From positions 7,075 through 71,074 of the IMG/VR virus record IMGVR_UViG_3300031716_000007: a stretch of DNA of 64,000 nucleotides; one strand, given 5' to 3'. The first letter of the stretch is position 1; each line of letters starts with the position of its first letter. The position numbers and the translations under genes are program-made. Positions 46,688 to 54,431 of the stretch are shown piece after piece. The notes below the pieces were generated by a model. It did no database searches, was not told where the DNA came from, and was given only the letters and a program-made list of their open reading frames with translations. Source of the stretch: a virus (lineage: Duplodnaviria; Caudoviricetes).

Positions 46688-46770
46688 TTTTCCACAGTTT
46701 ATCCACAGCCTGTGGAAAAGCTGTGCATAACTTTTGAAAATATTTTTTATTGTGGATAAGCTGTGCATAA
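46688..46770. promoter_or_regulatory. DnaA-box-like cluster 1 (six 9-mers)
   Basis: TTTTCCACA 46688, TTATCCACA 46699, TGTGGAAAA 46711, TGTGCATAA 46722, TGTGGATAA 46751, TGTGCATAA 46762. Confidence 0.75.
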
Positions 46771-46922
46771 CTCCGCGGCGCAGCGACACAGCGACGAGGC
46801 CACGCATGAGCCTATAAGTTTATTAAATGAATGCGGGCAAGGGCGGGGCGTGTCCGCGTTGTGGCGTCGGTACATGGTTTAACATAATGAACAAGGCCAG
46901 GCCACGGCGCAGCGTCGCGCAT

Positions 46923-46938
46923 ATACTATATATAGTAT
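46923..46938. repeat. Perfect 16-bp palindrome ATACTATATATAGTAT in GC-rich flanks
   Basis: Read directly; flanked by GCGC...GCGC in the intergenic strand-switch region. Confidence 0.7.
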
Positions 46939-47096
46939 GTGTGCGCGCGTGTATTGTATGCGTTTAGTATGCGCTCTAGGTACGCGGCGGCGCGGCCTAT
47001 CCTGGCCATGTGTCGGGGCGTCAACCTTCCTATGTATAGACGGACAGACGCGCGGCATAGCGTATAATTTATTTTCATTTATCGCAAAGAATTTAC

Positions 47097-47124
47097 TTGA
47101 CGCCGTACGTACGTATGATATACT
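47097..47124 (+). promoter_or_regulatory. sigma70-type early promoter
   Basis: TTGACG-16 nt-TATACT with extended TG; GAGGAG RBS before ATG 47158. Confidence 0.7.
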
Positions 47125-47157
47125 AGTTTAGAAAATTAAAGAGGAGGATTAAACATT

Positions 47158-47367
47158 ATGGAAAAGCTCGACGAGATATTTAAAGGCGATATACATTTTG
47201 CAATCGGTCAAATTCACGGCATCGTTAAACATAATTTATCCGAATCGCAAACAAGCGACGCCGCAGCGCTAAGGCGCATCAATGACATCATCAATAATTA
47301 TAATGATGCAAGAGATGATCGTATTAAGGAAATCGAAGCCAAAGGCAGAGACGCAGGGACGCTTTAA
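47158..47367 (+). CDS. Small early hypothetical protein
   Basis: Strong promoter and RBS. Confidence 0.6.
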   Translation: MEKLDEIFKGDIHFAIGQIHGIVKHNLSESQTSDAAALRRINDIINNYNDARDDRIKEIEAKGRDAGTL

Positions 47368-47621
47368 AACCGCTCTATTATATACATATATTATTATTAT
47401 ATTATATATATAAGAAAGTAAATAAAATGATACGTTATAAAAAATTTAGAGTGGCGCGAAGATTAAGCGCCGCAACGCTGCAACGCGCAACTCGGCAACG
47501 AATTTTTCACAACGAAGAAAGATCAATGCAACAAAGAATCTCTTTTAAGCGTGTTAAAATGTCCCGACGACAAATACAAAAATCGTTTATAAGTCATTGC
47601 AATGTAAAGACTTCTTTCCAG

Positions 47622-47841
47622 CCGTTACACCGTTACGCCCTGTGGAACGGTCAGAACTCATTGCAACTAAACAAGTTATCCAGCCGTTACACCGTTACGG
47701 TAAACATATATAAACAATTTATTTTTTCAATCACAAAAAAAAATAATATCTCGCTCATTTCGCGTAACGGTGTAACGGCTACGCAACTCATTGAAACTAA
47801 ACAACTTATCAGCCGTTCCACAGGGCGTAACGGTGTAACGG
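47622..47841. repeat. Iteron-like nested inverted repeats around an AT-rich core (putative replication origin)
   Basis: CCGTTACACCGTTACG at 47622 and 47684, inverted at 47763 and 47826; perfect 29-bp IR 47622-47650 / 47813-47841; AT-rich 47700-47760. Confidence 0.75.
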
Positions 47842-48021
47842 TAAGAGGCACTCTAGCTTCTCTATTATATATACACCATTTAAACACGATAGGAGGGCAA
47901 CGGACAAAGATTGACTCTGCTTTTCCGCGTTGCGGCGGCGCCGCGAAGCGACCACAAACAACAAAGAGCTGTTACAGCGTAACGGCTAAACGGCTCAAAA
48001 CAAGAGAAAAGGGGTATTAAG

Positions 48022-48837
48022 ATGAACAATTCACAACTAGCCCATGTATGGGCGCAACAAGAGAAAGTAAGCGGCAAGGCTTCGAACATGTTCTTTGAAG
48101 GCAAGAGCATCTTTTCATATGGACATCATTTCGAGATAGCGCGCTTCATTAATGACAGCGTTGTTTTGTTTACAACGCAAGGCTATTCCAACTCCACAGC
48201 CAAGCATAAAAACCACGTTCTAAACGCTATAAGACACAAACAAGTTATTTGCGTGCCATATGTAGACGCACAGCACAAGAAAAATATTGAATACTTCGAA
48301 AGCGAGGCCGCGGCGCTTGCAAAAGCGGCCAAAAACGCTAAGAAAAACGGCGACCTTCATTTGTCAAATCTTAGCCGCTTATGTGATGGACACAGAGACT
48401 ATATAAAGTTATTCAAGCTTAAATTCAAGGCGCTTTCGGTATCTGATTTTATCAATGAAGATGATTTAAAAGTCATTGAAAAAAAGTCTTTAGAATATAT
48501 CGAAAAAGAAAAACAACGCCACGCCAAAGAAGCGGAAAAACATTGGCAAAAGCTTAATCTATGGATTGACGGGGCGGACGTTGACACCTTCGGTTTTTAT
48601 ACGTTGCCGGTTAGGTTAAGAATCAAAGACGATTATATAGAAACGTCCCACGGCGCGAAAGTGTCACTCGAAGACGCGAAAAAGTTTTGGTATGACTATT
48701 TACGCCAAAACATTAAAGCCGGTTATCGCGTGGGCGACTTCACCATTGACAGCATAGAGCTGGACACTTTTAAAATCGGGTGTCACGAAATACCGCACAA
48801 AGAAGTTAACAGAATAGGAATATTAATCGACCAATGA
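48022..48837 (+). CDS. Hypothetical early protein
   Basis: 271-aa ORF with AAGGGG RBS; begins a translationally coupled series. Confidence 0.75.
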   Translation: MNNSQLAHVWAQQEKVSGKASNMFFEGKSIFSYGHHFEIARFINDSVVLFTTQGYSNSTAKHKNHVLNAIRHKQVICVPYVDAQHKKNIEYFESEAAALAKAAKNAKKNGDLHLSNLSRLCDGHRDYIKLFKLKFKALSVSDFINEDDLKVIEKKSLEYIEKEKQRHAKEAEKHWQKLNLWIDGADVDTFGFYTLPVRLRIKDDYIETSHGAKVSLEDAKKFWYDYLRQNIKAGYRVGDFTIDSIELDTFKIGCHEIPHKEVNRIGILIDQ

Positions 48838-49118
48838 TACACACACACAAACAAAAGAGAATCTCCATTCTCTTAGATAATATTAAACGATTAAGAGACG
48901 AACAAAATCAATTGTTTCTGGCATTGATAGGAGCTTTAACAATGGACAATATAACAATAACCGATGATGATTTTAAAAAACTTCAAAAGGCGTATAAGAA
49001 AGCCGTTGCCGAAGGCAAAGAAAGTTTCATCTTCCATTTTTCTTTGGCCGGAGATCGTGAGCTTGTCACAAACTACGCTAAATATTTAATTGAATACTTA
49101 AAAGGGGTTAAAAAATGA
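48834..49118 (+). CDS. Hypothetical protein
   Basis: ATGA-coupled. Confidence 0.55.
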   Translation: MIHTHKQKRISILLDNIKRLRDEQNQLFLALIGALTMDNITITDDDFKKLQKAYKKAVAEGKESFIFHFSLAGDRELVTNYAKYLIEYLKGVKK

Positions 49119-49618
49119 ACTCTAAAACCATGCTAGTCTTTTGCTTGATGATTTTATTTCTGGCGCTTATGACCGTCTTAAGCGTCCTATCACACGCCGG
49201 AGACGTGGTAAACGTGGCACAGTCGCAGCTTGGCCGCGGCGAAGAGGGCAAAGACAACGCCGGAAAATATGTATACCTTTACACTCAAGGCCACGCCGCG
49301 CCGTGGTGTGCGGGGTTCGTGTCTTACGTCTTACAAAAAAGCGGTAAGAGTTTCCCCTATATGTTAAGCGCTAAAGGGTTTTATAAATACGCGGCGAAAA
49401 ATAAACTGTTAACCGCAAATCCTAAACGCGGGGACTTGATCGTTTTTTGGCGCGAAAGTCCGCAAAGCGGCAAGGGGCATATTGGCATCATTGAATCAAT
49501 AAACGAAAAGCAAATTGTATCTATTGAAGGCAACGCGGGCAAGTTTCCGGCGAAAGTCAAACGCGTATATCGTGAAAGAAATAATATTAAGAACTTGTTA
49601 GGCTTCATCAAAACATAG
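49115..49618 (+). CDS. CHAP-domain cell-wall amidase with N-terminal signal/anchor
   Basis: PWCAGFVSYV (catalytic Cys), GDLIVF, GHIGII (His), IEGN; hydrophobic N-terminus ending SHA-G. Confidence 0.85.
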   Translation: MNSKTMLVFCLMILFLALMTVLSVLSHAGDVVNVAQSQLGRGEEGKDNAGKYVYLYTQGHAAPWCAGFVSYVLQKSGKSFPYMLSAKGFYKYAAKNKLLTANPKRGDLIVFWRESPQSGKGHIGIIESINEKQIVSIEGNAGKFPAKVKRVYRERNNIKNLLGFIKT

Positions 49619-49629
49619 GAGAAAATAAA

Positions 49630-50022
49630 ATGAAAATTCAATCCGTAACAGTACCAAAACTAGAAGTCAGACACCTTTTAAAATTAGTCGAAGAAGACAT
49701 TTTTAACGAGGGGTGTATACCAGAGACGGCGCAACATATGGACGTAGACTTTGACCGGACATATGAGAATCAAGACGAACTTATTGAAGACATTTGCAAC
49801 TTTCTAGGCATTGAGAACGATAAAGAAAATTATTTGCTTAACTCATGCGACGAGGAAGGCCGCATTGATTTTCAATTAATGGAAAACGCCGAAGGTTATC
49901 CGGCATCATCAAGAGAGCTGGCACTCTGGAAAGAAGGAAAGTGCCGGTTATGGGCGGCGACCTATTCGGCATATGTCGAAGAAGTTATAAGAAAATCTTT
50001 TAAACTAGCGGAGGGAAAATAA
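49630..50022 (+). CDS. Hypothetical acidic protein
   Basis: GGAG RBS. Confidence 0.6.
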   Translation: MKIQSVTVPKLEVRHLLKLVEEDIFNEGCIPETAQHMDVDFDRTYENQDELIEDICNFLGIENDKENYLLNSCDEEGRIDFQLMENAEGYPASSRELALWKEGKCRLWAATYSAYVEEVIRKSFKLAEGK

Positions 50023-50421
50023 ATGAAATTAATCACTATCGAAGACATTGACCAAATAGCAAGCGATTTAAAAGATCAACTTTGCACGGCAACCGACCCA
50101 CAGACGCGCGAAGCGTTTGAACTCGAGATATACAACTATCTCAAAGAAGCGCTTGACCCGTGGCGCACGATATTAAAGCCGGTCGAAATTATTGAAGTTT
50201 CAGCCGTAGACTTTGACGAATTCATCTATGAAAATTTTTTCGATAATATTTACAACGGTATTAAAGACGGCGCCGTTGAAGCTTACGAAGATTATCGCGA
50301 AAATTTAAACGAAGACGATTATATGCGACTCGGCAACGCGTTTGCCGCGGCGCAGGTACGCAAGACGCATAAACACTATTCAAACGAATTAAAGAAGATC
50401 ATCGAAAGCGTGAAACAATGA
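50023..50421 (+). CDS. Hypothetical acidic protein
   Basis: GGAGG RBS. Confidence 0.6.
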   Translation: MKLITIEDIDQIASDLKDQLCTATDPQTREAFELEIYNYLKEALDPWRTILKPVEIIEVSAVDFDEFIYENFFDNIYNGIKDGAVEAYEDYRENLNEDDYMRLGNAFAAAQVRKTHKHYSNELKKIIESVKQ

Positions 50422-50514
50422 TTAAGCGATTTGTTAAGGCATACAACAACTTTATAAACAAGATCATTAACAAGCTGGCGGACTTTGCCGACGCGCCAAA
50501 ATGGAGGAATGAAA

Positions 50515-50694
50515 ATGAATAAGCCAATTATCACAGTATATATAAACGGTGGATTAATAACCGACGTTATCAAAAACGCCGCGGCGCAGGGTGTTAGCGT
50601 TGAAATAAGAGACTACGACGCGGACAGCTACGACGAAAACGAATTGACCAAAGATGACGGATCAAGCAAAAAGTATTTTAAAACGGTGTATTAA
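50515..50694 (+). CDS. Small hypothetical protein
   Basis: GGAGG 7 nt upstream; VYINGGLITDV...VEIRDYD. Confidence 0.55.
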   Translation: MNKPIITVYINGGLITDVIKNAAAQGVSVEIRDYDADSYDENELTKDDGSSKKYFKTVY

Positions 50695-50969
50695 TGAGAG
50701 TTTATAAACTCATTGCCTATGAAGGCACGCGGGCGCTTTTTATCCGCTTAGTTAACAACAAAGAACACGCAGCCAAAGAAATTTTAAATAGTGTCTATCT
50801 TGGCCGCATTGACACGGTTTTATATAGAAAAAAAACGTATTTAATCAAAGAGTTTTATAACAACGGTTTTTTAAATAGGAGGCATCCAAATGCAAAAGAT
50901 AAACAAGAAAGATGCGTTTCAAATGATCATGGGGCAGCACGAAAAGATTTTTTCAGCTCAATTTATTAA
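50694..50969 (+). CDS. Hypothetical protein
   Basis: TAATG-coupled, but overlaps the next gene by 80 nt. Confidence 0.35.
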   Translation: MRVYKLIAYEGTRALFIRLVNNKEHAAKEILNSVYLGRIDTVLYRKKTYLIKEFYNNGFLNRRHPNAKDKQERCVSNDHGAARKDFFSSIY

Positions 50970-51168
50970 GAAAGACGGAACTTTCCGCGCGATGGTGTGC
51001 CGCCGCGGTGTAACAAAAGGCGTTAAAGGCGTGGGAATGAACTACGACCCCGCCGCGCATAACTTAGTGACGGTTTTTGATATGCGCAAGAATGAATTTA
51101 GATCGATTCCGATTGACCGTTTAATCTGTTTTAAAATGGACGGCGTAAAATACGAGGTGAAAGAATGA
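50890..51168 (+). CDS. SH3-like / WYL_2 (DUF2693-like) domain protein
   Basis: FSAQFIKKDGTFRAMVC...LVTVFDMRKNEFRSIPIDRL pattern; GGAGG RBS. Confidence 0.6.
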   Translation: MQKINKKDAFQMIMGQHEKIFSAQFIKKDGTFRAMVCRRGVTKGVKGVGMNYDPAAHNLVTVFDMRKNEFRSIPIDRLICFKMDGVKYEVKE

Positions 51169-51776
51169 GAGAAATATTTCACGAAAGCTATAAAAGCAAA
51201 GATCAAGCAATCAATCGAATATTCGATTTGAAAAAATCGTTTGATGATGATTTTTTTATCATCCTATCAAGCGGGGTTTTTTGGGTTGAAAATGTCGCGC
51301 CTTTTTTGGTGAGTGGCGAGATTATTATTTTTACAACACAGAAAGGCAAAAAATGAAACATCGAAAAGGGCATAGAATAAGCGCCGCGGGCGTGTTTGGC
51401 CGCATGATCGAATTGCAAGAAAAGGCCGTTGACTTTCTTGTGTGCGTTGTGCCGTGGCTTGGCGTTATGCTGTGGCTGGCGGCCATTGCTTTTATTGTAT
51501 TCGGTTTTGTCCCTAAAATGATATTGGCGTTTTGGCAACACACAAGCTAAAAGGCGGTTGAACATGATCAGACAAAAAGAAAGACTATTAAAAACAATAT
51601 GGAGCGGAAAGAAAATCTATTGCAACGGCGAAGCCCATTACACCATCGACACAAACGGCAAAGAGTTGCATCGCTGGCCGTGCGGTTGCGGTAAGCCTAT
51701 CCCGCATACAAGCGTTAAGAACGAAGGCGCCGCGGGCGATTATGGCAAGGGTTCCGGCTCATGGACTGGCGACTAG
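51165..51776 (+). CDS. Three small coupled hypothetical ORFs (51165-51356, 51353-51550 membrane, 51558-51776)
   Basis: ATGA overlaps and RBSs. Confidence 0.45.
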
Positions 51777-51871
51777 ACAACAAACGCCGCTAGAAGGCGC
51801 CTAGATTAAGCAAAATACGGCCTAGAGCGCGACTTTGCGACCCGTTCGACCCCTAGCCACGGCCAAAGGCG

Positions 51872-51976
51872 TTTTGCACAGCTTTTCCACAGTCCAGGCA
51901 AGGCAAAGGCGCTCATGCGTGCGGGTGTGGATAACCTGTGGAAAACTTTTAAAATCTGTGGAAAACCTGTGGATAA
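51872..51976. promoter_or_regulatory. DnaA-box-like cluster 2 (six 9-mers)
   Basis: TTTTGCACA 51872, TTTTCCACA 51883, TGTGGATAA 51926, TGTGGAAAA 51937, TGTGGAAAA 51957, TGTGGATAA 51968. Confidence 0.75.
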
Positions 51977-52023
51977 CTTGGGGATATCCGAAGGCCGGCC
52001 GGAGCGAAAAACGCGCAAATCGG

Positions 52024-52082
52024 CGTTATTCGTAGGCCCTGATGCTTAGGCCCCCGTTATTCCTGGCGCCTGATGCTTAGGC
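52024..52082 (+). repeat. Two-copy 31-bp-period repeat CGTTATTC-N6-CCTGATGCTTAGGC
   Basis: Copies at 52024-52051 and 52055-52082. Confidence 0.7.
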
Positions 52083-52132
52083 TAAAAAAATTTTTTAGAA
52101 AAACAGTTCAAAAAAAAGGAGGAAATGAAACG

Positions 52133-52411
52133 ATGTTAACACTCGAGATGTTAAAAGAAATGCCGGAAGACACGATCATTGCAACCGGCACGGCGCTCGA
52201 TGAACCAAACGGGTTGTTTATGGCGAACACTGGGAAGATGCTGCGCTGGGTCGCGGTGCGTGGCGGCATTCATGACTGGGCGATCTATTGCCACTTCGCA
52301 TTTAATCCCGTTGAGTGGATCTTGCGATTCGGCGATAAGGTGCATTTTGATAGCCATATCAAGAAGCTGGTGCCTTGCGACGACGAGGCGTTTAAGATGT
52401 ATAGGCATTAA
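52133..52411 (+). CDS. Hypothetical protein
   Basis: GGAGG RBS; WVAVRGGIHDWAIY segment. Confidence 0.6.
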   Translation: MLTLEMLKEMPEDTIIATGTALDEPNGLFMANTGKMLRWVAVRGGIHDWAIYCHFAFNPVEWILRFGDKVHFDSHIKKLVPCDDEAFKMYRH

Positions 52412-52459
52412 TAAAATAATAAAAATAAGCATTCCTGGCCGGGCCGGGGGAAAAGAGAA

Positions 52460-53025
52460 ATGATGAGAGACATAGAAGACAGATTGTATATTAAAGTTCC
52501 AACGACTGTTCCATTTAAGAGAAAAGCAATAATTATGGTGACACAAATCGCGGCAGTAAAAGACGATGTTGATGACAGCAACGCTTCTCATATTTATTTA
52601 ACATCGGGACAGATATTTTCTTGCAGCTTTAACGCTGAGAATGTTTTTAAAATGGTTGAAGAAGCCTATAGGAGAATGCAAATAGATATTCATGAAAAAG
52701 GAGAAACAAAATGATTACACAAGAAAAATTAATTCCGATCAACATCATCGGCGCAAAAGTAACAGCAATGGGATTTGTTTTTGAAGACGAAAATTCCATT
52801 CCAGAATTCAACGCAACTGTGTCATTAATCGATGACGCTAATCGCAAGATCACTTCCATTAATATAGACAGCCGCAGATATTACGGATCCGGCGAACCTT
52901 GCGAAAAATCAATTCGTTTGTTAGAGCTCGCGGGGCAGTTGCGCGCGGAATTAAATATTTTAGTGACTCAACATATGAATAGCAAACAAAAAGCGTTGAG
53001 TAGACAAGAGGCTTGCTCGACGTGA
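52460..53025 (+). CDS. Two coupled hypothetical ORFs (52460-52714, 52711-53025)
   Basis: ATGA overlap and RBSs. Confidence 0.55.
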
Positions 53026-53462
53026 AAAATCGCATAAAACGGTTTTTAAAACAAGAGCAAAAATATATTAGAAATAGTTTGCAAGACATTCGAACGGATG
53101 ATACTATCAGCACAATTCAAACAACAGAAACAACACACGACATGCTTTCTTACAAAAACAAACTGGGGCGATCGATTTCAATAAAAGAATGGGGCGCACT
53201 CTTAGAAAAAAAAGAATATTCTAGAGTCGCCCTTTCTGTTTTAAAAAATGGAAAAAGAGTTTCAACAGTTTGGTTAGGATTAAATCACGGCAGCCCGGAT
53301 CATCCGTTATATTTTGAAACGATGGTCTTTAATTCCAAAGGCGAAGAGCTCTGCGAGAGATACGAAACGCTCGAGCAAGCCGAAATGGGTCACAAGAGAA
53401 TTGTCGCAGATCTTTCGCAGTCATGGATTAAACGATTGATTAATTGGTTTAATAAAAAATAA
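53013..53462 (+). CDS. Conserved phage hypothetical protein
   Basis: VSTVWLGLNH...PLYFETMVF...CERY.T.EQAE.GH motif of a kind seen in phage ORFs. Confidence 0.55.
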   Translation: MLDVKNRIKRFLKQEQKYIRNSLQDIRTDDTISTIQTTETTHDMLSYKNKLGRSISIKEWGALLEKKEYSRVALSVLKNGKRVSTVWLGLNHGSPDHPLYFETMVFNSKGEELCERYETLEQAEMGHKRIVADLSQSWIKRLINWFNKK

Positions 53463-53474
53463 AGGAAAATAAAA

Positions 53475-53915
53475 ATGATCGTACTCATAACAGACGGAAG
53501 TTCAAAAGGAAACCCAGGACCAATTCAAATTGGTTATTTAATTTGGGATCGCATCAAGAATAATAATGGCTTTAAACCAACCTATCGTAAAAGTCTTTGG
53601 CGCGGCGCCGGGACGAACAACGAGGCGGAGTGGATGGCCATGAACGAAGGATTAAAATTTATTAGAGATAATATGTTAAATTCGCCTGGACTCCATGAGA
53701 TCCAAGCGTATTGCGACTCTCAAGTTGTTGTTCGACAGATTAACGGAGAGTATCAGGCCAGACATGAAAATATCGTTCCTTATTATCAGGAGTTTCTAAT
53801 GATCTTAAAAGGATTGGCTTCATCAAATTGTAAATTAACCGTTTCGTGGCTACCACGCCAATTGACGCAACTCGCGGACAAAGAAGCGCATCGCTGCGAA
53901 TTAGCGACTATTTAA
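53475..53915 (+). CDS. rnhA: Ribonuclease HI-like protein
   Basis: TDGSSKGNPGP, TNNEAEWMA, CDSQVVVRQINGEY, WLPRQ..QLADK.A; all four acidic catalytic residues present. Confidence 0.9.
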   Translation: MIVLITDGSSKGNPGPIQIGYLIWDRIKNNNGFKPTYRKSLWRGAGTNNEAEWMAMNEGLKFIRDNMLNSPGLHEIQAYCDSQVVVRQINGEYQARHENIVPYYQEFLMILKGLASSNCKLTVSWLPRQLTQLADKEAHRCELATI

Positions 53916-53925
53916 GGAGATAATA

Positions 53926-54219
53926 ATGCAGTGTCCCCTATGCACCCAGGAGTTTAGACAAAACATAACAGAATTTGACTCTTGCGACGAACATTTAATT
54001 ATTTCAATCAAGAAAGATAAAGTTCATGTTCACGGTCCATTTGCAGACCAGAAAATCATGAATAAAATGATCAAAGCTATGAAAGATGAGATGGAAAAGA
54101 ACGGTCTTAATGTAGATTTGTTCGTTAAAGAAAAAGAACCGGAGCCCATTCCGGAAGCCAAAGAAGAAAAAGACCCTGAAAAAATGGACATCGATGTTCC
54201 GGACGCCAAGAAAGAATAG
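53926..54219 (+). CDS. Hypothetical protein (CxxC...C..H)
   Basis: GGAG RBS. Confidence 0.55.
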   Translation: MQCPLCTQEFRQNITEFDSCDEHLIISIKKDKVHVHGPFADQKIMNKMIKAMKDEMEKNGLNVDLFVKEKEPEPIPEAKEEKDPEKMDIDVPDAKKE

Positions 54220-54232
54220 GAGGTTATTTAAA

Positions 54233-54400
54233 ATGCTAATTAAAGAACGAAAAATTCAAGTCTCGGCGCAGCTGAAAATTGCTCACCTGCAATTCTTGAC
54301 TTCTAAAATAAATCGCAGAGATCCAAAAAGATGTTCAAGATCAGCTATCCTTGAGACACTTATTGATAAAGCGATGGAAAACCCAAGTTTGTTAAATTAA
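54233..54400 (+). CDS. Ribbon-helix-helix-like DNA-binding protein
   Basis: IQVSAQL strand...SRSAILETLIDKAM; GGAGG RBS. Confidence 0.5.
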   Translation: MLIKERKIQVSAQLKIAHLQFLTSKINRRDPKRCSRSAILETLIDKAMENPSLLN

Positions 54401-54431
54401 ACCTTAAACGATTCACCAACTTAGGAATTAA

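Noticed and set aside
46282-46695. 137-aa minus-strand ORF starting in DnaA cluster 1
   Set aside because: No RBS or recognisable motif; it starts within the boxes and ends in a terminator stem.
47622-47841. Possible CRISPR array
   Set aside because: The repeats are in both orientations, the intervening segments are themselves repeated, and no cas genes are present.
47427-48020. 197-aa ORF over the iteron array
   Set aside because: It runs through nested inverted repeats and AT-rich DNA and has low-complexity, R/Q/T-biased composition; more likely non-coding origin DNA.
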